Positions 57,504 through 64,000 of a stretch of DNA of 64,000 nt are shown one piece after another (the stretch's first letter is position 1; every line of letters begins with the position of its first letter). Source of the DNA: Nitrospirota bacterium. GTDB taxonomy: Bacteria; Nitrospirota; Nitrospiria; SBBL01; JAADHI01. The DNA lies in NCBI GenBank assembly GCA_029261215.1, contig JAJDBT010000017.1:28-64027 (forward strand). The letters run 5' to 3'. Both the position numbers and the translations under genes were made by a program. The notes below the pieces were generated by a model. The model did not search any database. It was not told the DNA's origin and saw nothing but the letters and a program-made list of their open reading frames with translations.

Positions 57504-58220
57504 CTACCACCAGACCCATTCTCCAGTCGTAAGCACATGGATGCCTAGAAGCAAGTTCGTCACCCCATGCGCCACAATACAAGGCCAAAGACGCTTCGTT
57601 TTATAAAGCAGTAGGTTGTAGGCCGTTCCCGCCATCATGCCTGCCAGCCAAAGGTTGTGTTCGACCCCAAATAAAGCGACGGTGATCAGGAAAGAAATCC
57701 ATGTAAATTTTCCCAATTGCACTTTCAGAAAATCCGGTGAGATAATGTATCTGATTATAAAGGACCGCCAAAAAAGCTCTTCCATCACCGGCACAATGAT
57801 TGATGCCCCAATTAGCCGCATTCCAGCGTAAACCATAGCCAGTCTCCCTCCACCAGACTGAAAAGGATTGTATCCTTCGCCTGCCTCCCCTTGCATCGCC
57901 CAGGAAAAACCCATTCTCACCCACAAGACATACACCACAAGACCAACACCCACGGCCAGTATGCCTTCACGGGCATGATCAAACACTTTATTTTTTAACT
58001 CGGCATACTCTTTCCAGTAAAAAATCAGTAAAGCCGCAACAAGGCTTACTTTAATAGGATAAAGCCAAAGCGGCGGACCACTGGTTTCAGATCCTGTGTC
58101 GGGGAAAAAGAGGGCATTTATGGCAATAAAGGCCATATACACTGCAAATGGGAAAATACGGGGTTTCATCGGTGCTGGAAAGATATCAAAATATAAACCG
58201 CATATCCAGTACCCAATCAT
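57504..58220 (-). CDS. CPBP family intramembrane glutamic endopeptidase (CAAX protease-like)
   Basis: EELFWRSF (EExxxR), FGVEHN (FxxxH) and HGVTNL motifs in a polytopic membrane protein. Confidence 0.8.
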   Translation of the reverse strand: MIGYWICGLYFDIFPAPMKPRIFPFAVYMAFIAINALFFPDTGSETSGPPLWLYPIKVSLVAALLIFYWKEYAELKNKVFDHAREGILAVGVGLVVYVLWVRMGFSWAMQGEAGEGYNPFQSGGGRLAMVYAGMRLIGASIIVPVMEELFWRSFIIRYIISPDFLKVQLGKFTWISFLITVALFGVEHNLWLAGMMAGTAYNLLLYKTKRLWPCIVAHGVTNLLLGIHVLTTGEWVWW

Positions 58221-58261
58221 TGAGATTCAATTGACGAGTCTTTTCGCTCTATGCCATAATC

Positions 58262-58362
58262 CAAAAAGAATACAGGGGTGCCGTCTTGGCTGAGAGTTTC
58301 GACCTGATCGAAACAACCCTTTGAACCTGATCTGGGTAATGCCAGCGAAGGGAATCTGGGTA
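58262..58362 (+). promoter_or_regulatory. TPP (THI-box) riboswitch upstream of thiC
   Basis: Conserved elements read directly: ACAGGGGTGCC...GGCTGAGA...ACCCTTTGAACCTGATCTGGGTAATGCCAGCGAAGGGAA. Confidence 0.9.
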
Positions 58363-58370
58363 TTTTTTTG

Positions 58371-60339
<1,969 letters not shown>

Positions 60340-60360
60340 GACTTTAGGAGCGAAAAGCAC

Positions 60361-61161
60361 ATGGAATCACGCGAAATTGCGCCAACACACGAAGCCGAAA
60401 TCACACGGGCCATCGCCCGAGAGTGGTATGCAGCCTTTGATGAGATCATTTCCTCCGATGTCTTAATTATCGGCTCCGGCCCATCGGGGCTCGTCTGCGG
60501 CACCGAGCTTGCCAAATCCGGTCTCAATGTGGTCATTATCGAGCAAATGAACCACCTGGGCGGCGGTTTCTGGAACGGCGGCTATCTCATGAACAAGGCC
60601 ACCATCGCCCATCCCGCGCAGAAAATACTTGAAGACATCGGCGTCCCCTGCAAAAAAATCACAGAGGAAATGAGCATCGTCGATCCCCCGCACGCCACAG
60701 GTAAACTGATCGGCGCGGCCTATGATGCGGGGGTGAAAGTCCTCAATTTAACCAAAGTGGTCGATCTCATTATTCGCGGAGACAACAACGTTGTCGAAGG
60801 GGTTGTCGTGAATTGGTATCCGCTGGAAGTGATGAATCACGATCTCGCCCACGTGGACCCCATCGCCCTTGAAAGCAAAATGCTGGTCGATGCCACGGGG
60901 CACGACGCCGTCGCGCTTCAAATTTTATCCAAACGCGGTTTTTACAACACAGTCCCTGGAAACGGGGCAATGTGGGTGGAACGTTCGGAAGAGATGGTTA
61001 TGAAAAAAACCGGCGAAGCCTACCCCAATGTCTTCATGGTCGGACTTTCGGTTGCCGCCGCTTACGGCAGCCCGCGCATGGGGCCGGCCTTTGGCTCAAT
61101 GCTGCTTTCCGGCAAAAAAGGCGCAGAAATGATCATGCAAAAACTCGTCAACCTTTGTTAA
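60361..61161 (+). CDS. thi4: Thi4-family thiazole synthase (archaeal/eukaryote type)
   Basis: VLIIGSGPSGLVCGTELAKSGLNVVIIEQ..LGGG dinucleotide motif, plus VDATGHDA and ..AHVDP.. segments characteristic of Thi4. Confidence 0.85.
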   Translation: MESREIAPTHEAEITRAIAREWYAAFDEIISSDVLIIGSGPSGLVCGTELAKSGLNVVIIEQMNHLGGGFWNGGYLMNKATIAHPAQKILEDIGVPCKKITEEMSIVDPPHATGKLIGAAYDAGVKVLNLTKVVDLIIRGDNNVVEGVVVNWYPLEVMNHDLAHVDPIALESKMLVDATGHDAVALQILSKRGFYNTVPGNGAMWVERSEEMVMKKTGEAYPNVFMVGLSVAAAYGSPRMGPAFGSMLLSGKKGAEMIMQKLVNLC

Positions 61162-61209
61162 GGTTTTAGTTTACCTTTACAAGCTAAACATTATAAAAAA
61201 GGAGGAGAA

Positions 61210-61494
61210 ATGGCAAAAGCAACGGCACGACATATATTGGTGGATACAGCGGAAGAATGTGAAGCGATCAAAGAGAAAATTACTTCTGGAGTGTCCAATT
61301 TTGCAGAAGCCGCAAAATCGCACTCCAACTGTCCTTCTGGCAAACAAGGCGGAGATCTCGGCGAATTTAGCCCCGGTCAGATGGTCAAAGAGTTCAACGA
61401 CGTGGTTTTCTCAGACGCGGTTAACACCGTACACGGTCCCGTCAAAACACAATTTGGCTACCACCTGATCGAAATCACCAGCCGCACAGACTAA
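61210..61494 (+). CDS. ppiC: Parvulin-type peptidyl-prolyl cis-trans isomerase
   Basis: ARHILV...HSNCPSGKQGGDLGEFSPGQMVKEF...GPVKTQFGYHLIE matches the PpiC pattern. Confidence 0.9.
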   Translation: MAKATARHILVDTAEECEAIKEKITSGVSNFAEAAKSHSNCPSGKQGGDLGEFSPGQMVKEFNDVVFSDAVNTVHGPVKTQFGYHLIEITSRTD

Positions 61495-61570
61495 GGGTTT
61501 GTTTTAAAATACAAAACCGACGCAGATCTGCTTGACAATCCATCCCGTGTTTGTTACCTTCTGCGCCATT

Positions 61571-61646
<76 letters not shown>

Positions 61647-61733
61647 TTTTTTCCCTTCCTGTATGCCCCTGATCAACAAACATGCATCGATATGCTAGTA
61701 TGCCCCTGTCTCATCAACACCGCTTGACGCAAG

Positions 61734-63143
61734 ATGGCAATACGTAGTTACACATTATTTCTAAAGAAAGTTCTATCGGTAAGCATCCTGATCATGCTTG
61801 GACTCTCTGTGTTCAACTCTAGCTATCTGACAAACAACAAAGCTGAAACACGACCGAATCACCCTGATCGCTCGCTTAAAACCAGAACCTATCCCCTCTC
61901 CGAAACCCGCCTTTTTACGGCCCTTTTAGACGTGATACAAGCACTTCCCCGCTGGACAGTCGTTCATCAGGATGCCACAAGTGGTGAGATTGCCGCAGAA
62001 CGCCAAAGTAAACTTTTCCGTTTTATCGACGATATTGAGATCCAGCTCACAACAACAGGTAATGGCACAAAAACCCTCAACTTAAAATCCGAATCACGTG
62101 TCGGGAAAGGGGATTTCGGACAAAACGCGAGAAATATTCGGAAAATCCTCTCAGCGCTGGATCATGAAATTGGCAAGCCTTCCTCAGCGCACCCGCCGTC
62201 CGGCTCCAAGCATTTTGAAGGACTTTCAGATCGCCTCTCAAAGCACGTTCACAAGCTCGCTCTTGAAATCGGAGAGCGGAATTTTACCCGCCCCAAAGCC
62301 TATCAAGGTGCAGGGCAATATATCGCGGATGCCTTAAAAAAATCGGGTTATGAAGCGGACTTTGAATTCTTTCAAATTACATCACCCCCAAGATTGACGG
62401 CATTACGAACAGATCAGGCCAACAAAGACGCCCTGAAAGAGACAAGATATCAAAACGTCGTGGCGATCAAAAAAGGAAGAAGCGCGGAGATGATTGTCAT
62501 CGGAGCGCATTATGACACGGTCATTGGCACACCCGGCGCGGATGACAATGCCAGTGGCGTCGCTGTGTTATTGGAATTGGCACGGATGCTTCAAGACCTG
62601 TCTTTGGAGAAAACCTTACTTTTCGTAGCCTTTGCCAATGAAGAATCACCCTTTTTCCGAACCAGCGCGATGGGCAGCGCCCATTTCATCAAGGCACACG
62701 CCGATAAAAAAATCACCTTCATGATTTCCCTCGAAATGCTCGGCTTTTATTCAGATGCCCCCAACTCGCAAACCTATCCGCCCTTACTGAAATACTTTTA
62801 TCCGAACCAGGCAAATTTCATCGCCGTGGTCGGAAATCTCACTTCGAAAGCCTTTGTGGACACCATCTCGGACATCATGCAGTCTACTTCAGACATGCCC
62901 GTCGAAACGCTTTCTGCGCCACGCATCGTGCCGGGTGTGGACTATTCCGATCAGCTCAATTTCTGGAAAGCAAACATCCCCGCCGTCATGATCACCGACA
63001 CCGCTTTCAACCGGAATCCTCACTACCACAAATCATCTGATCTTCCCCAAACCCTCAATTATGAAAAGATGGCGGAAGTGACAAAAGGCGTTTTTGAAGC
63101 CTTGCTGCAACTTGGGAAAGCCATTGAAAGACAACAGCCATAA
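61734..63143 (+). CDS. DUF1499-like N-terminal domain fused to an M28 family zinc aminopeptidase
   Basis: N-terminal TM/signal. LPRWTVV...GEIAAE..SKLFRFIDDIEI...SESRVGKGDFGQNARNIRKI matches the DUF1499 pattern. M28 motifs: GAHYDTV, GADDNASGVAVLLELAR, FANEE. Confidence 0.8.
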   Translation: MAIRSYTLFLKKVLSVSILIMLGLSVFNSSYLTNNKAETRPNHPDRSLKTRTYPLSETRLFTALLDVIQALPRWTVVHQDATSGEIAAERQSKLFRFIDDIEIQLTTTGNGTKTLNLKSESRVGKGDFGQNARNIRKILSALDHEIGKPSSAHPPSGSKHFEGLSDRLSKHVHKLALEIGERNFTRPKAYQGAGQYIADALKKSGYEADFEFFQITSPPRLTALRTDQANKDALKETRYQNVVAIKKGRSAEMIVIGAHYDTVIGTPGADDNASGVAVLLELARMLQDLSLEKTLLFVAFANEESPFFRTSAMGSAHFIKAHADKKITFMISLEMLGFYSDAPNSQTYPPLLKYFYPNQANFIAVVGNLTSKAFVDTISDIMQSTSDMPVETLSAPRIVPGVDYSDQLNFWKANIPAVMITDTAFNRNPHYHKSSDLPQTLNYEKMAEVTKGVFEALLQLGKAIERQQP

Positions 63144-63356
63144 TACAACTCTTTTATTCTTCCTGCCCTGGGTTTTAATGGTCTAAAAATTGGCTTCCAT
63201 TTTTTCAAAATGGCGACATTCTGTTTGGAAACATGGATACGATCAGGTCTGACGCGGGAAAACCACTGAGAGAAAACTTTACCTTGAAATAGAACACGTG
63301 CTTTCTTTTAAACAGATTTCCTCTTCCTATATTGCCTTGTCAGCTTTTTGAAAATT

Positions 63357-64000
63357 TCAGGACACCTGAAGCATGTGTGCGAAGAGGGTCGCCAAACCCA
63401 GAAAGCTCATGAAACCAACAATGTCAGTCACGGTTGTTAAAATAATCGATGAGGATTGTGCCGGATCCTGTCCGACAGATTGTAACAGGATGGGAATAAG
63501 CGCACCCGACAAACCGGCGATGACCATGGAAAAAATCATGGACGCGGCAATCACAAGGGCCAGGCCCATTGACGACATCCACCAATACACCACAAAGCCG
63601 GTTGTCAGGGCGATGATCACGCCATTGAAAAAACCGACCGCCACTTCCTTTGCGGCCACTCGAAACCAATGCCGCGCCCGGATTTCACGCAGTGCCAAAC
63701 CACGCATGGTCACGGCCAGAGCCTGAGAACCGGTATTGCCCGACTGTCCCGCAACCACGGGTAAAAATATGGCCAGGGCCGTAAACTTTGCAATTGTGTC
63801 TTCAAAAAGACCCACCACTGTGGCCGCAAGAAAAGCCGTGGCGAGGTTAATTTCCAACCAGGGCAGGCGTTTTAAAATGGCAAAGGAAACCTTGGAGAGC
63901 GCCCGTTCGTCCCGTCCAGCACCAAACATCGACTGCAAGTCCTGACTCGCATCCTGCTGAGCGGCGACCACCAGGGCGTCGTGACGAATGACCCCCAATA
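63357..64000 (-). CDS. mgtE: Magnesium transporter MgtE, C-terminal membrane domain (5' part lies beyond the window)
   Basis: RLPWLEINL..AFLAATVVGLFEDTI..FTALAIFLPVVAGQSGNTGSQALAV..RGLALREI plus five TM segments. The ORF is open to the window end. Confidence 0.9.
   Translation of the reverse strand, partial: LGVIRHDALVVAAQQDASQDLQSMFGAGRDERALSKVSFAILKRLPWLEINLATAFLAATVVGLFEDTIAKFTALAIFLPVVAGQSGNTGSQALAVTMRGLALREIRARHWFRVAAKEVAVGFFNGVIIALTTGFVVYWWMSSMGLALVIAASMIFSMVIAGLSGALIPILLQSVGQDPAQSSSIILTTVTDIVGFMSFLGLATLFAHMLQVS

Overview
This is a 64-kb chromosomal segment of a bacterial genome, gene-dense and mostly housekeeping. I saw no transposase, integrase, phage gene or CRISPR array. I support about 57 protein genes, 3 tRNAs (Arg-CCG, Lys-CTT, Phe-GAA), one TPP riboswitch with a terminator-type expression platform, and a few hairpins and promoter-like sites.

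Main blocks:
- (1) 0.4-4.1 kb: DEAD-box helicase, a UDG-superfamily protein, and a coupled pair of a kinase-fold phosphotransferase and an APS-kinase-like P-loop protein.
- (2) 5-9 kb: MscS-CorA, Maf and Dus.
- (3) 9.0-11.1 kb: a translationally coupled pair made of a truncated GyrA-like protein without the catalytic tyrosine and a degenerate MobA-like nucleotidyltransferase-fold protein.
- (4) 11-13 kb: glutamate dehydrogenase and a 4xCBS protein.
- (5) 13.5-22.9 kb: a complete beta-oxidation operon (FadD, thiolase, HADH, crotonase, ACAD, EtfBA, FixC-like ETF-QO).
- (6) 22.9-31.4 kb: a Wsp-like chemosensory operon (CheR-TPR, 2 CheW, MCP with a CXXCH periplasmic sensor, 2xHpt CheA-REC, REC-GAF-GGDEF) with no CheB. 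A GAF-PAS-GGDEF-EAL protein follows it.
- (7) 36-42 kb: PriA, then a split and divergently transcribed GlnE, whose adenylyltransferase half carries two N-terminal ACT-like domains.
- (8) 42-45 kb: HspQ, GNAT, a cysteine-synthase-family enzyme and two tRNAs.
- (9) 45.5-56.3 kb: the conserved minus-strand array ihfB-sppA-rpsA-ispH-plsC-cmk-aroA-tyrA-DAHPS-hisC-pheA.
- (10) 58-64 kb: TPP riboswitch-thiC-thi4, ppiC, tRNA-Phe, a DUF1499-M28 peptidase fusion and a partial mgtE.

The gene order of block 9 resembles what I remember from Deltaproteobacteria- or Nitrospinae-like genomes. That is an inference from memory, not a taxonomic call.

Best candidates for undescribed biology: the heme-sensor Wsp-like pathway, the GyrA-like pseudoenzyme pair, and the ACT-fused split GlnE. 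All domain calls come from reading motifs by eye, and no database search was run.
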